From: an uncultured bacterium
GTDB taxonomy: Bacteria; Abyssobacteria; SURF-5
Direction of reading: 5' to 3'
Assembly (NCBI GenBank): GCA_964607485.1
Contig: CAZSKP010000017.1
Coordinates: 1 to 58,732 of the forward strand
Length of the DNA: 58,732 nt
A model generated the notes under the pieces. That model saw only the letters and a list, made by a program, of their open reading frames with translations, was not told the origin of the DNA and made no database searches. Numbering within the stretch: position 1 is the stretch's first letter; each line of letters opens with the position of its first letter. The translations under genes and the position numbers were made by a program. Below, piece by piece: positions 41,172-51,928 of this stretch.

Positions 41172-42329
41172 ATGCCCAAATCTTCCGCTGCGCCTGTTCG
41201 GATTCCTCTTTGTAAGCCTTACATGTCCGAAGCAGAAGAACGGGCGGCGGCCGAGGTGCTTCGGTCGGGCTGGCTGATGCAGGGCCCGAAGGTGGCCGAA
41301 TTCGAAAGGCTTATCTCCGAGTACGTGGGCACCAAGCATGCCGTCGCGGTTAATTCGGGCACATCGGCGCTGGCGCTCGCCCTCGTCGCGGCGGGGCTGA
41401 ATCCGGGCGACAGGGTAATCATGCCGTCGCATTCGTTTGTCGCCACGGCCAACTCGGCGGCGCAGTGGGGAGGCGAGCCCGTCTTCGTGGATATCGGCCG
41501 CAACGATTACAATATCGACCCTTCGAAGATTCGGCCTGCCGCGGACTCGATGACGCGCGCGGTGATGGTCGTGCATCAAGTCGGCTTCGCGGCCGATATG
41601 GACCCGATCATGTCGATTGCAGAAGAACTCGGCCTGGTCGTCGTGGAGGACGCCGCCTGCTCGCTCGGCTCCAGCTACCGGGGTCGCAAGACGGGCGGCA
41701 TCGGAACGGTCGGATGCCTGAGCTTGCATCCGAGGAAGGTGATAACGACTGGAGAGGGCGGGATGGTGCTCACGGACTCGGAGGAGATAGCGCAGAAGGT
41801 CCGAAGCCTGCGCAATCACGGGCTGACGCCCGCCGGAGCGTCGGAGCGGCCCGGATGCGACAGAGCGGGTTTCAACTATCGGCTGACCGACATCCAGGCG
41901 GCGATAGGAATCGAGCAGTTCAAGAAGCTGGACGAGATCATACGGTTGAGGACACGTCTCGCAGAGCGTTACAGAGACGCGATTTCGAGACTTCCGGCCC
42001 TCAGGCTTCCGGAGTGGCCCGACGACTCCGTTCCCAACTACCAGAGTTTTGTCGCTGAAGTCATTGACGAATCCATCGACAGGGACGCCATTGTCGAGCA
42101 CATGATGAAAAAAGGCATCCAGTGCGCGCGCGGCATCCAGCCGATACATCTGGAGCCGCTTTACAGAGAGAAGCACTCCGGCGAGCGCCTGCCCGAGACG
42201 CTTCGGGCTGCCCGGCGCTCGTTTTTCCTTCCCATGTATCCCGCCATGACCGACGAGGAACAGGACGTTGTGATAGGCAGCCTGAAGGAATCCCTCAACG
42301 AATGCGCCCTGGCAAAGGAGGCACGATGA
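41172..42329 (+). CDS. DegT/DnrJ/EryC1/StrS PLP sugar aminotransferase
   Basis: [45 protein letters not shown] before ATG 41172. Confidence 0.9.
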   Translation: MPKSSAAPVRIPLCKPYMSEAEERAAAEVLRSGWLMQGPKVAEFERLISEYVGTKHAVAVNSGTSALALALVAAGLNPGDRVIMPSHSFVATANSAAQWGGEPVFVDIGRNDYNIDPSKIRPAADSMTRAVMVVHQVGFAADMDPIMSIAEELGLVVVEDAACSLGSSYRGRKTGGIGTVGCLSLHPRKVITTGEGGMVLTDSEEIAQKVRSLRNHGLTPAGASERPGCDRAGFNYRLTDIQAAIGIEQFKKLDEIIRLRTRLAERYRDAISRLPALRLPEWPDDSVPNYQSFVAEVIDESIDRDAIVEHMMKKGIQCARGIQPIHLEPLYREKHSGERLPETLRAARRSFFLPMYPAMTDEEQDVVIGSLKESLNECALAKEAR

Positions 42330-43297
42330 GAGCGCTGATCACCGGCATAACGGGGCAGGACGGTTCGTATCTCGCCGACTTCCTGCTGGAAAAAGGCTAT
42401 GAAGTCTTCGGCATGGTGCGGCGCTCGAGCACGGAGAATTTCGAGAGAATCAACCACCTTCGGGACAAGATCACGCTCGTGCAGGCGGACCTGATGGACC
42501 AGGTATCGATGATAAAGATCATCGACGAGATTCGGCCCGTGGAGGTTTACAACCTGGCGGCGATGTCGTTCGTGCCGACCTCGTGGGACCAGCCCGTTCT
42601 CACCGGAGAGGTGACCGGCCTCGGCGTGACGCGCGTGCTCGAGGCGATAAAGGTCGTTGACCGAAAGATAAGGTTCTACCAGGCCTCGAGCAGCGAGATG
42701 TTCGGAAAAGTGGTCGAGGTGCCCCAGACCGAGAGGACGCCCTTCTATCCCCGCAGCCCCTACGGCGTGGCCAAGGTGTATGGACACTGGATCACGGTGA
42801 ACTATCGGGAAAGCTACGACCTCTTCGCATGTTCGGGCATCCTGTTCAACCACGAGTCACCCCGTCGCGGACTCGAATTCGTCACTCGCAAGGTCACGCA
42901 CGGGGTTGCCAAGATAAAGCTCGGGCTTGCCTCGGAGCTTCGGCTGGGCAACTTGGATTCCAAGAGAGATTGGGGCTACGCCGAGGATTACGTGAAGGCG
43001 ATGTGGCTCATGCTCCAGCAGGACAAGCCCGACAGCTACGTGATAAGCTCGGAACAGGCGCATTCGGTGCGCGAGCTGGTCGAGGCGGCTTTCGGCTGTC
43101 TTGACCTCGACTGGGAAGAGCACGTGAAAATCGACCCTCGTTTCGTCAGACCCGCTGAGGTCGATCTGTTGCTGGGAAACTCCACAAAAGCGCACAACCA
43201 GCTCGATTGGTATCCGAACACATCGTTTGAGGAGCTGATCACACTGATGGTCAATGCCGACCTGAAGCTGCTGAAGGAGCAAAACAGGATAGCGTGA
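42326..43297 (+). CDS. gmd: GDP-mannose 4,6-dehydratase
   Basis: [51 protein letters not shown]. Confidence 0.95.
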   Translation: MRALITGITGQDGSYLADFLLEKGYEVFGMVRRSSTENFERINHLRDKITLVQADLMDQVSMIKIIDEIRPVEVYNLAAMSFVPTSWDQPVLTGEVTGLGVTRVLEAIKVVDRKIRFYQASSSEMFGKVVEVPQTERTPFYPRSPYGVAKVYGHWITVNYRESYDLFACSGILFNHESPRRGLEFVTRKVTHGVAKIKLGLASELRLGNLDSKRDWGYAEDYVKAMWLMLQQDKPDSYVISSEQAHSVRELVEAAFGCLDLDWEEHVKIDPRFVRPAEVDLLLGNSTKAHNQLDWYPNTSFEELITLMVNADLKLLKEQNRIA

Positions 43298-43893
43298 GCA
43301 CGGCAAAGAATACATACTTCGTTCACGAGACCGCAGTTGTTGAGGAGCCCGTCAGTATCGGGGAAGGCACCAGGATTTGGCTGTTCACCCACGTGATGCC
43401 CGGCGCCAAGATAGGGAAGAACTGCAATATCGGTCAAAACGTGTACATCGGCTCGACGGCGGTCGTGGGCGACAATGTGAAGATACAGAACAACGTGTCC
43501 GTATTCGACGGCGTCACGCTCGAAGACAACGTGTTTCTGGGGCCGTCTTGCGTCTTCACCAACGTGGTCAGGCCGCGGTCCGTCTTCCCGCGGGCAAACC
43601 GCAACTTCGACAAGACTCTCGTGCGGAAGGGCGCCACGATAGGGGCGAACGCCACGATAGTATGCGGGACCACAATTGGCGAATGCGCATTCATCGGAGC
43701 CGGTTCGGTCGTATCGAAGGACGTGCCGGCCTACGCGCTGTATTTCGGAAATCCGGCCAGGCATCGCGGTTGGGTATGCGAGTGCGGCGAGAAACTCGGC
43801 GATTTGACGCGCGGGAAGAAAAATATAAGCTGCCCCGCGTGCGACAGAAAATATCGAAAAGAAGGAAAAGGATTGGCCCAGATGGTGGGATAG
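43294..43893 (+). CDS. Hexapeptide-repeat N-acetyltransferase (WbpD/WlbB-like)
   Basis: [52 protein letters not shown]. Confidence 0.85.
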   Translation: MSTAKNTYFVHETAVVEEPVSIGEGTRIWLFTHVMPGAKIGKNCNIGQNVYIGSTAVVGDNVKIQNNVSVFDGVTLEDNVFLGPSCVFTNVVRPRSVFPRANRNFDKTLVRKGATIGANATIVCGTTIGECAFIGAGSVVSKDVPAYALYFGNPARHRGWVCECGEKLGDLTRGKKNISCPACDRKYRKEGKGLAQMVG

Positions 43894-43900
43894 GAGAACG

Positions 43901-44923
43901 ATGAAGCTACTTGTCACGGGAGGAGCCGGCTTTATCGGCTCCAATTTCGTACACTACATGCTCGAGAGGTACGCCGATTGCGAAATCATCAATTTCGATA
44001 AGCTCACCTATGCCGGCAACCTGGACAACTTGCGGGATATTGAGAGCGACCCCCGGCACAAATTCGTGAGGGGCGATATCGCCGACGCCTCCGCGGTCGG
44101 CGCCCTGGCGCCCGAGGTGGACGCGATAGTCAACTTCGCCGCCGAGACACATGTTGACAGGAGCATCCACGACCCCGGCAGCTTCATCCAGACGGACGTC
44201 GTCGGCATCTACGTGCTCCTCGAGGAAGCCCGCAAGAACAAGACCAAGAAAGTTGTGCTCGTCTCTACCGATGAGGTTTATGGCAGCATCGATGAAGGCT
44301 CCTTCTTCGAGCACGACCGGCTCAACCCGAGCAGCCCGTATTCCGCCGGCAAGGCGGGCGGCGAGCTTGTGGCCTTGGCCTACCACAAGACGTTCGACCT
44401 TCCCGTCTGCATCACCAGGGGCTCGAACACGTACGGCCCCTATCAATATCCGGAGAAGGTGATACCCCTGTTCGTCACGAATGCGCTGGACGACATTCCG
44501 CTTCCGCTTTACGGAGACGGGATGAACGTGCGCGACTGGCTGTTCGTATTCGACCATTGCAACGCGATCGACCTCGTTTTGCGCGAGGGCGTGCCGGGCG
44601 AGGTGTACAACATTGGCGGGGGCAACGAGCGGACGAACATAGAAATAACCCACACGATTCTCGACCTTTTGCAGAAGCCCAGGTCGCTCATCAAGCCTGT
44701 CACCGACAGGCCCGCTCACGACCGCCGCTATTCCATAGACTGCGGGAAAGTCGAGCGGCTGGGCTGGAACCCCGCGCAGCCTTTCGAAGAGGGCATGAGG
44801 CAAACCGTGGACTGGTATGTCAAGAACGAGTGGTGGTGGCGGAAGCTCAAGTCGGGTGAATATCTCGATTACTACAGGAAACAGTACACCACCGACCTGG
44901 AGTCAAAGAGAGGACAGGGCTGA
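43901..44923 (+). CDS. rfbB: dTDP-glucose 4,6-dehydratase
   Basis: VTGGAGFIGSNF, DKLTYAGN, AAETHVDRSI, STDEVYG, PSSPYSAGK, HDRRY. Confidence 0.93.
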   Translation: MKLLVTGGAGFIGSNFVHYMLERYADCEIINFDKLTYAGNLDNLRDIESDPRHKFVRGDIADASAVGALAPEVDAIVNFAAETHVDRSIHDPGSFIQTDVVGIYVLLEEARKNKTKKVVLVSTDEVYGSIDEGSFFEHDRLNPSSPYSAGKAGGELVALAYHKTFDLPVCITRGSNTYGPYQYPEKVIPLFVTNALDDIPLPLYGDGMNVRDWLFVFDHCNAIDLVLREGVPGEVYNIGGGNERTNIEITHTILDLLQKPRSLIKPVTDRPAHDRRYSIDCGKVERLGWNPAQPFEEGMRQTVDWYVKNEWWWRKLKSGEYLDYYRKQYTTDLESKRGQG

Positions 44924-45951
44924 TGCTTAGGGTAGGTGTCGTCGGGGCGGGCGATTGGGGCAAGAATCTCGTCAGGATTTTTCATCAACTCAGGGGCGTC
45001 GAGCTGGCATGCTGCTGCGACGCCGACCCGAGGCGCTGGGAAGCCATCTCTCAGAATTATCCCGGCGTGAACCTGACGGAGCGGTTCGAGGATATCGTGG
45101 CCGATTCTTCTATAGAAGCGCTGATAATCGCTTCGTCTGCCGTGACTCACTACCCGCTTGGGAAGGCCGCCCTGGAAGCGGGAAAGCACGTCTATGTGGA
45201 GAAGCCTCTGGCGCTCAGCGCTTCTCACGCCAAGGAAATGGTCGCCGTGGCCGAGGCGAAGAATCGAAAACTGATGGTCGGGCACCTGCTCCTGTATCAT
45301 CCCGCCGTCACTCACCTCAAGAAGCTTGTCGATTCGGGCGAGCTGGGCGAGATTTTCTACATCTATTCGCAGCGTGTGAACCTGGGCAAGATTCGGCAGG
45401 ACGAGAACGCGCTATGGAGCTTCGCGCCCCACGACATATCGGTCATCCTGCACCTGCTCGGCCGGTTTCCCGTGAGCGTGAGCGCGCGCGGCGAGTCGTA
45501 CCTCCAGCAAGGCGTCGAAGACGTGGTCTTCATAAACATGAAGTTCGCCGACCGAAAGATGGCGCAGCTCCAGGTGAGCTGGCTCGACCCTCACAAAGTC
45601 CGCAAGATAACCATCGTCGGCAGCAAGAAGATGGTGGTGTTCGACGACGTTGAAAGCACGGAGAAGCTTAAGATTTTCGACAAGGGCGCGACCGGCGTGA
45701 GCTATGAAAGCTACGGAGACTCGATAACGCTTCGCTTCGGCGACATAAATATCCCCTACATAACCATGACTGAACCGCTTCGGGCCGAGTGCCAGCATTT
45801 TGTCGATTGCGTCCTGAAAGACACCCGGCCTTTGACCGACGGCGCCGACGGGGTTCGAGTAGTTCGAATACTCGAGGCGGCGCAGCGCTCGATGGAAAGG
45901 GACGGCGAGCCCGTCTCGCTGACGGAATCCGCGCCGGCGCAACAGAAATGA
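44923..45951 (+). CDS. Gfo/Idh/MocA oxidoreductase (WbpB-like sugar 3-dehydrogenase)
   Basis: VGAGDWG, GKHVYVEKPL, VGHLLLYHP, APHDIS, SWLDPHK. Confidence 0.85.
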   Translation: MLRVGVVGAGDWGKNLVRIFHQLRGVELACCCDADPRRWEAISQNYPGVNLTERFEDIVADSSIEALIIASSAVTHYPLGKAALEAGKHVYVEKPLALSASHAKEMVAVAEAKNRKLMVGHLLLYHPAVTHLKKLVDSGELGEIFYIYSQRVNLGKIRQDENALWSFAPHDISVILHLLGRFPVSVSARGESYLQQGVEDVVFINMKFADRKMAQLQVSWLDPHKVRKITIVGSKKMVVFDDVESTEKLKIFDKGATGVSYESYGDSITLRFGDINIPYITMTEPLRAECQHFVDCVLKDTRPLTDGADGVRVVRILEAAQRSMERDGEPVSLTESAPAQQK

Positions 45952-47108
45952 AGATACCCGTTCTTGACCTCAAGCCTCAGATAGAAGCCCACCGGGCCGA
46001 AATCATGGGGGCGATCGAAGAAGTGATCAACAGCACCCATTTTGTGCTCGGCTCCAAGGTGGCGGAACTGGAACAGGCTGTCGCCTCCTACACCGGCTCG
46101 AAGCACGCCGTGGGCGTCGCATCGGGAAGCGATGCGCTGTTGATTGCGCTCATGGCGTTGGACGTGGGCCCCGGCGACGGCGTCATCACCACACCTTACA
46201 CATTTTTTGCCACGGCGGGGGCCATCTCAAGGCTCGGAGCGACGCCCATCTTCATCGACATCCGCCCCGATTCCTTCAACATCGACGAGGAGCTGGTCGC
46301 CGAGTATCTGAAGAAAGGGTGCGAACCCGACACTGCGACGGGCCTCCCTCGCGACAAGGCCTCGGGACGGCTGGTCAGGGCAATGATTCCGGTTCACCTC
46401 TTTGGTCAGTGCGCCGACATGGACGCCATCATGGCTGTTGCCCGACAGAACAATATTCGTGTCGTCGAGGATGCCGCGCAGGCGCTGGGCGCGGAGTGCA
46501 ACGGCGCGCGGGCGGGCGCGATAGGCGACATCGGCTGCCTGAGTTTCTATCCGACCAAGAACCTCGGCGGGTTCGGCGACGGCGGAATGATAACGACATT
46601 CGACGAAACGCTGGCGGAGCGGTGTCGCGTCATTCGTGTCCACGGCAGCAAGCCGAAATACTATCATGCCCGCGTCGGCGTCAACAGTCGCCTCGACGCC
46701 GTCCAGGCCGCGGTTCTCCTCGTGGGTCTGAAATACCTGGACGAGTGGACTGCCAGGAGGCAGGAACACGCGCGCGCTTATTCGGACTCGTTCAGTGAAA
46801 CAAACGGCGTCGCGTGTCCGGCAGTGCTGCCGGGACGGCGCCACGTGTTTAATCAGTATGTCATCCGTTCCGGCCAAAGGGATTCCCTCCGAAAGTTCCT
46901 TGCTGAGAAAGGCATAGGGACCGAGATATACTATCCGCTTTCGCTTCACCGGCAGGAATGCTTCTCGAATCTCGGGTATGCGAAGGGCGATTTTCCCCAA
47001 TCCGAGCGGGCGGCCGCCGAGTCGTTGGCCATCCCCATGTTTCCCTACTTGACGGTCAAGCAGAGGACGAAGGTGACGAATGCGATCAAAGAGTTCCAGG
47101 AAAAGTGA
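45948..47108 (+). CDS. DegT family aminotransferase (WbpE-like)
   Basis: SGSDAL, PVHLFGQCADM, EDAAQA, SFYPTKNLGGFGDGG, NSRLDAVQAA; ATG overlaps upstream stop (ATGA). Confidence 0.9.
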   Translation: MKIPVLDLKPQIEAHRAEIMGAIEEVINSTHFVLGSKVAELEQAVASYTGSKHAVGVASGSDALLIALMALDVGPGDGVITTPYTFFATAGAISRLGATPIFIDIRPDSFNIDEELVAEYLKKGCEPDTATGLPRDKASGRLVRAMIPVHLFGQCADMDAIMAVARQNNIRVVEDAAQALGAECNGARAGAIGDIGCLSFYPTKNLGGFGDGGMITTFDETLAERCRVIRVHGSKPKYYHARVGVNSRLDAVQAAVLLVGLKYLDEWTARRQEHARAYSDSFSETNGVACPAVLPGRRHVFNQYVIRSGQRDSLRKFLAEKGIGTEIYYPLSLHRQECFSNLGYAKGDFPQSERAAAESLAIPMFPYLTVKQRTKVTNAIKEFQEK

Positions 47109-48456
47109 ATCTCGGCGGAGGACCTCGAAGCGCGGGGCGGTCGCCGAGAAGCTCGGTGAGCTGATAGACAGCAAACGCGCGCTCGTGGGCGTGATAGGCA
47201 TGGGCTACGTCGGCCTGCCGCTGGCGCTCGAATTCTGTCGGAGCGGTTTTCGCGTGCTCGGATTCGACACCGACCATAAGAAGGTGGACGAACTGAATGA
47301 GGGAGGAAGCTATATAGGTCATATCCCCTCTGAAAACGTCAGGTCGTTCTCGCGCGCGGGCCTGTTTTCGGCGACGTCGGATTTTTCGCGGCTCTCCGAG
47401 ACGGATTGCATCACCATATGTGTGCCGACTCCTCTGAATGAGCAGAAGGAGCCGGACCTCACGTATGTCGCAGAAACGTCCGCCGCCATTGCGAAAAATC
47501 TGCGCAAAGGCCAGCTCGTGATCCTCGAGAGCACGACCTATCCGGGCACGACCGAGGAGCTTGTGCTTCCGATTCTGAGCCGGAACAAGCTGGTCGTGGG
47601 GCGCGACTTCTTCGTGGCGTATTCTCCCGAGCGCGAGGACCCGGGCAATCGAAGGTATCCGATTGAGAAAATCCCGAAGGTCGTCGGCGGTGTGAGCGCC
47701 TCGTGCAGCGAGCTGGCGGACAGACTGTACTCGAAAATCTTTCAGAGGGTTGTGCGCGTCTCTTCGCCCCGCGCCGCCGAGATGACCAAGCTTCTGGAAA
47801 ACATCTTCCGATGCGTGAACATCGCGCTCGTGAACGAGATGAAGATGCTGTCGGAGCGGATGGGGATAGACATTTGGGAAGTTATCGACGCGGCTTCCAC
47901 GAAACCGTTCGGCTTCATGCCGTTCTATCCGGGGCCCGGCTTGGGCGGCCATTGTATTCCCATCGACCCGTTCTACCTGTCCTGGAAAGCGAGGGAATAC
48001 GATTTCAACACCCGCTTCATTGAGCTCGCCGGCGAGGTGAACACGTCGGTTCCGTATCATGTGGTGCAGGGCATAGGGGAGGCGCTGAACGCGAAGAACA
48101 AGAGCATAAGCGGATCGCGGATTCTCATCCTGGGCATTGCGTATAAGCCCGACGTCGACGACATGCGCGAGTCGCCCGCGATCAAGATTATCGAGCTGCT
48201 CCGGAACAGAAAAGCCAACATCTCTTACAACGACCCGCATATCCCCCAGTTTCCGCGCCTTCGGAAATACGACCTCAACCTGAAGTCGGTCGAGCTCAGC
48301 CCGAAACTCTTAGGGTCGATGGACTGTGTGGTCATCGTGACCAACCATTCGAGTTACGATTATGATTTCATCGTCAAGCATTCCAAAATGGTGATAGACA
48401 CGCGTAACGCCACGAACAACGTGAAAGCCGGGAAGTCGAAGATAATAAAGGCATAA
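47080..48456 (+). CDS. UDP-N-acetylglucosamine 6-dehydrogenase (WbpA-like)
   Basis: GMGYVGLPLA, ICVPTPL, ESTTYPGTT, SPEREDPGN, GLGGHCIPIDP, YKPDVDDMRESP. Start uncertain. Confidence 0.88.
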   Translation: MRSKSSRKSESRRRTSKRGAVAEKLGELIDSKRALVGVIGMGYVGLPLALEFCRSGFRVLGFDTDHKKVDELNEGGSYIGHIPSENVRSFSRAGLFSATSDFSRLSETDCITICVPTPLNEQKEPDLTYVAETSAAIAKNLRKGQLVILESTTYPGTTEELVLPILSRNKLVVGRDFFVAYSPEREDPGNRRYPIEKIPKVVGGVSASCSELADRLYSKIFQRVVRVSSPRAAEMTKLLENIFRCVNIALVNEMKMLSERMGIDIWEVIDAASTKPFGFMPFYPGPGLGGHCIPIDPFYLSWKAREYDFNTRFIELAGEVNTSVPYHVVQGIGEALNAKNKSISGSRILILGIAYKPDVDDMRESPAIKIIELLRNRKANISYNDPHIPQFPRLRKYDLNLKSVELSPKLLGSMDCVVIVTNHSSYDYDFIVKHSKMVIDTRNATNNVKAGKSKIIKA

Positions 48457-48480
48457 GAGGGCAGCTTGTAAGGTGAAGCG

Positions 48481-49779
48481 ATGAACATTTGCGTGATTGG
48501 TACTGGGTATGTCGGGCTCGTCACGGGCACGTGCCTCGCCGAGATGGGGAACGATGTCGTCTGCGTTGACATAGACGAGAAGAAGATAGAAATGCTCAAG
48601 CGCGGGCGCTCGCCCATCTACGAGCCAGGGCTGGAGGAGCTCATTCGGCGGAACGTACACGAGAATCGGCTCACCTTCGTCACCGACACCGCCGCCACCG
48701 TCCGCAAGTCTCTGCTCGTCTTTATCGCGGTCGGCACCCCGTGTCGCGGCGACGGCGGATGTGACCTTTCCCATGTGTTCGACGTGGCGGGCGAAATAGC
48801 CGAGGCCATGAACGATTATAAGATAGTGGTCATCAAGAGCACCGTGCAGGTAGGCACGGCCGACAAGGTGCGGGAACTGATACGCTCAAAGACCTCCGCC
48901 GAATTCGACGTCGTGTCGAACCCCGAGTTTCTCAAAGAAGGCGCCGCGATAGACGATTTCATGAGGCCCGACAGGGTGGTGGTCGGCACCGACAACGTCC
49001 GCGTCGCGGAAATCATGAAGGAGCTGTACCGTCCCTTCGTCCGCACCGGCAAGCCGATAATAATCATGGATAATCGCAGCGCGGAACTGACCAAGTACGC
49101 CGCCAACGTCATGCTCGCGACCCGGATTTCGTTCATCAACGAGATTGCCAACCTGTGCGAATACATGGGGGCCAACGTGAACAGCGTGCGCGAGGGGATC
49201 GGTTCGGATGAACGAATAGGGTTCACGTTCCTTTTTCCGGGAGTCGGCTATGGAGGCTCCTGCTTTCCCAAAGATGTCAAGGCGCTCGCGGCCACGGCCA
49301 GGGAACACGGATACGTGATGAAGATTCTTGAGGCCGTCGATGCGGTCAACACGGCGCAGAAGAGCGTCCTCGTGCCAAAGATAAAGCGGCACTTCGACGG
49401 CAAATTGAAGGGCAAGACGATCGCGCTGTGGGGCCTGTCCTTCAAGCCTCGGACCGACGACATGCGCGAGGCCCCTTCGATAGTCATCGTAAACGAACTT
49501 TTGGCGGACGGCGTCAAACTGCAGATTCATGACCCTGTGGCCATCAAGGAGGCGCGCAAGATTTTCGGGCAAAAGGTCAAGTATTGCGAGCGCCCGTACG
49601 ACGCGCTCAAGGGCGCGCACGCGTTTGTGCTCGTGACGGAATGGACCGAGTTCCGAAATCCCGATTTCGACCGAATGAAGAGCCTCATGGCCGGCAACGT
49701 CGTCTTCGACGGACGCAACATCTACGACCCGAAGACTATCCGTGAAAAGGGATTCGTTTATTATGGCGTCGGGCAATAA
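48481..49779 (+). CDS. ugd: UDP-glucose 6-dehydrogenase
   Basis: IGTGYVGL, AVGTP, KSTV, SNPEFLKEG, GYGGSCFPKD, FKPRTDDMREAP. Confidence 0.93.
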   Translation: MNICVIGTGYVGLVTGTCLAEMGNDVVCVDIDEKKIEMLKRGRSPIYEPGLEELIRRNVHENRLTFVTDTAATVRKSLLVFIAVGTPCRGDGGCDLSHVFDVAGEIAEAMNDYKIVVIKSTVQVGTADKVRELIRSKTSAEFDVVSNPEFLKEGAAIDDFMRPDRVVVGTDNVRVAEIMKELYRPFVRTGKPIIIMDNRSAELTKYAANVMLATRISFINEIANLCEYMGANVNSVREGIGSDERIGFTFLFPGVGYGGSCFPKDVKALAATAREHGYVMKILEAVDAVNTAQKSVLVPKIKRHFDGKLKGKTIALWGLSFKPRTDDMREAPSIVIVNELLADGVKLQIHDPVAIKEARKIFGQKVKYCERPYDALKGAHAFVLVTEWTEFRNPDFDRMKSLMAGNVVFDGRNIYDPKTIREKGFVYYGVGQ

Positions 49780-49797
49780 ATCATCTGGGCACGGCAT

Positions 49798-50739
49798 ATG
49801 CGGGTTTTAGTCACCGGCGCCGCCGGCTTCATCGGCTCATCGCTTTCGGAAAGGCTGCTCGCTCTCGGACACGACGTGGCGGGCATCGACTGCCTGACGG
49901 ACTACTACTCGCCCGAGACGAAGCGCCGAAACATCGAGACGGCGCTTCAGAATTCCCGCTTCACATTCTTCGAGCAGGACCTTCTCGACGCCGACCTTGC
50001 CGGGCTGCTCGACGGCTGCGACGTCGTCTTTCATCAGGCGGCCCAGGCGGGCGTGCGCGCGAGCTGGGGACGCGATTTCGAGATATATACGAACAACAAC
50101 GTCCTCGCCACACAGCGCCTGCTTGAGGCTGCGAAGGGGCTTCCGATAAAGCGTTTCGTGTTCGCATCTTCGTCGTCCGTGTACGGCGACGCCCAAAAGA
50201 TCCCCGTTTCCGAGGACGACCCCGTCCACCCCCTGTCGCCTTACGGAGTCACGAAGCTGGCGGCGGAAAACCTGTGTCTCCTCTATCACACAAACTTCGG
50301 AGTCCCGGCCGTCGCGCTGCGTTACTTCACCGTGTTCGGCCCGCGCCAGCGGCCCGACATGGCGTTTCACCGGTTCATAAAGGCGATGCTCCGCGACGAG
50401 CGCATTTCCGTTTTCGGCAGCGGAGAGCAGACGCGCGATTTCACGTTCGTCGAGGATGCCGTAAACGCGAACGTGCTCGCCATGGAAAGGGGTCGCGACG
50501 GCTCGGTATATAACATCGGCGGCGGCTCCCGCATTTCGCTCAACCGCGCCATCGAGCTGCTGGAGGGAATCGTCGTGAAGAAGGCAAAGCGCGACCAGTC
50601 CTCGGCCCAGAAGGGCGACGTGCTTCACACGTGGGCCGACACCACACGTGCGCAGACCGAGCTCGGCTTCATTCCACGCCACGACGTAGAGGAAGGCCTG
50701 CGCAAGGAATTCGAATGGCTGCGCCGGCTTGAGCGCTGA
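49798..50739 (+). CDS. NAD-dependent nucleotide-sugar epimerase/dehydratase
   Basis: VTGAAGFIGS, HQAAQAGVR, ASSSSVYG, SPYGVTK, YFTVFGPRQRPDM. Confidence 0.9.
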   Translation: MRVLVTGAAGFIGSSLSERLLALGHDVAGIDCLTDYYSPETKRRNIETALQNSRFTFFEQDLLDADLAGLLDGCDVVFHQAAQAGVRASWGRDFEIYTNNNVLATQRLLEAAKGLPIKRFVFASSSSVYGDAQKIPVSEDDPVHPLSPYGVTKLAAENLCLLYHTNFGVPAVALRYFTVFGPRQRPDMAFHRFIKAMLRDERISVFGSGEQTRDFTFVEDAVNANVLAMERGRDGSVYNIGGGSRISLNRAIELLEGIVVKKAKRDQSSAQKGDVLHTWADTTRAQTELGFIPRHDVEEGLRKEFEWLRRLER

Positions 50740-50942
50740 CGGCGGCAACAATCCACAACCCCGGCCGTAATGCCCACGTGAAAAAGCATCACCCAACCAT
50801 CATCAATCGCCCACCGCCCATATCCTCGCCCACACCGCCCTAATCTCGTCGGAAAACGCTTGTGATGAGAATGTGCACTATTTCCCCGTGCCCGAGAAGT
50901 GCGAAATTTGGATTGAAGCTATACTTACCCTTAGCGCCACCC

Positions 50943-50971
50943 TTGCTGAGAAAAGCCTGACTTTCTATAAT
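50943..50971 (+). promoter_or_regulatory. Sigma70-type promoter upstream of AT-rich island
   Basis: TTGCTG-17 bp-TATAAT. Confidence 0.5.
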
Positions 50972-51170
50972 TCTGCTCGGACCGTGAAAAAATCGTTGCC
51001 TTCTGATATACTATTCTTCTGCCAGCACAGTGCGATCTACAATTGAGGAGTGCCCATATTTGATCTCTTGAATTCCGCGATATCGGCAAGCTTCAGAAAA
51101 AGAGAAGAACAGGTATCCTACTTCCGAAATTGTCTAAAAAGGGGCTTCGCTTAATGCAAGAGCTAATGGG

Positions 51171-51893
51171 GTGGCCGAAGACATGATGAAACGTTATGAG
51201 AGCTATATCAGCATCTTACGCTACCAATTGGATCTTCTTCATCAAAATCTCGCTGCAATGAAGAAGCTAGAGGATTTTAAAGAAGATCTTTTCTTGCAGC
51301 GAGACGAAGTAAATATGCGAAATGGAATATTCCTTTACCTTTCTTGGTTCAATCTCGCACATTATAGTGCCATTACTATCAATAAGATTTGGAACGACAA
51401 AACAAAAAACAGCATAACTTTGAAAAAAGCTCGCGAACTTCTAGAAAATAGAGACTCGGGATATAAAGAGGACACAAAGAAAAAGTTTGATGCTGTTGAT
51501 GAAGAAGAAAAACGTATTAACGGTACTTTAAAAAACGTCGAATATCGACGAAATAAGTTTTTTGCACATCTTGACAAAAAAGCGCATTTCAATCCACCGC
51601 CAAAAGAGGAACATGAACTTTACCTGCAGGACTTAGTGAAGGTGAAAGCTTTTCTGACTAGATATTTCAATATTCTGGTTTCTAAACCGGAAACGTTTGA
51701 TACATCCGCCGTTGAGAATAACTTGGAATACATTCTTGATTTGGTTTCATTAGACAGCGAAATAATCACTTCTTACCACGACCGAGCACTTCGTCCACAA
51801 TGGCAGAAGAAATATCGCTCTGAACTAAATCCGGCGGACTTACAACTTTTAAACACGTTACTTCGGAAGCATGGCAGGAAGCCAATAACATAG
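51171..51893 (+). CDS. HEPN domain protein (AbiU2-like), putative RNase
   Basis: All-helical 240 aa with RNKFFAH (R-x4-6-H) motif followed by LD, preceded by ITINKIWND...SITL as in AbiU2-type HEPN; AT-rich. Start may be 51171, 51183 or 51186. Confidence 0.7.
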   Translation: MAEDMMKRYESYISILRYQLDLLHQNLAAMKKLEDFKEDLFLQRDEVNMRNGIFLYLSWFNLAHYSAITINKIWNDKTKNSITLKKARELLENRDSGYKEDTKKKFDAVDEEEKRINGTLKNVEYRRNKFFAHLDKKAHFNPPPKEEHELYLQDLVKVKAFLTRYFNILVSKPETFDTSAVENNLEYILDLVSLDSEIITSYHDRALRPQWQKKYRSELNPADLQLLNTLLRKHGRKPIT

Positions 51894-51928
51894 GGGCCAG
51901 AAATCCCAGAACTCCTCCAAGCGCAGTA

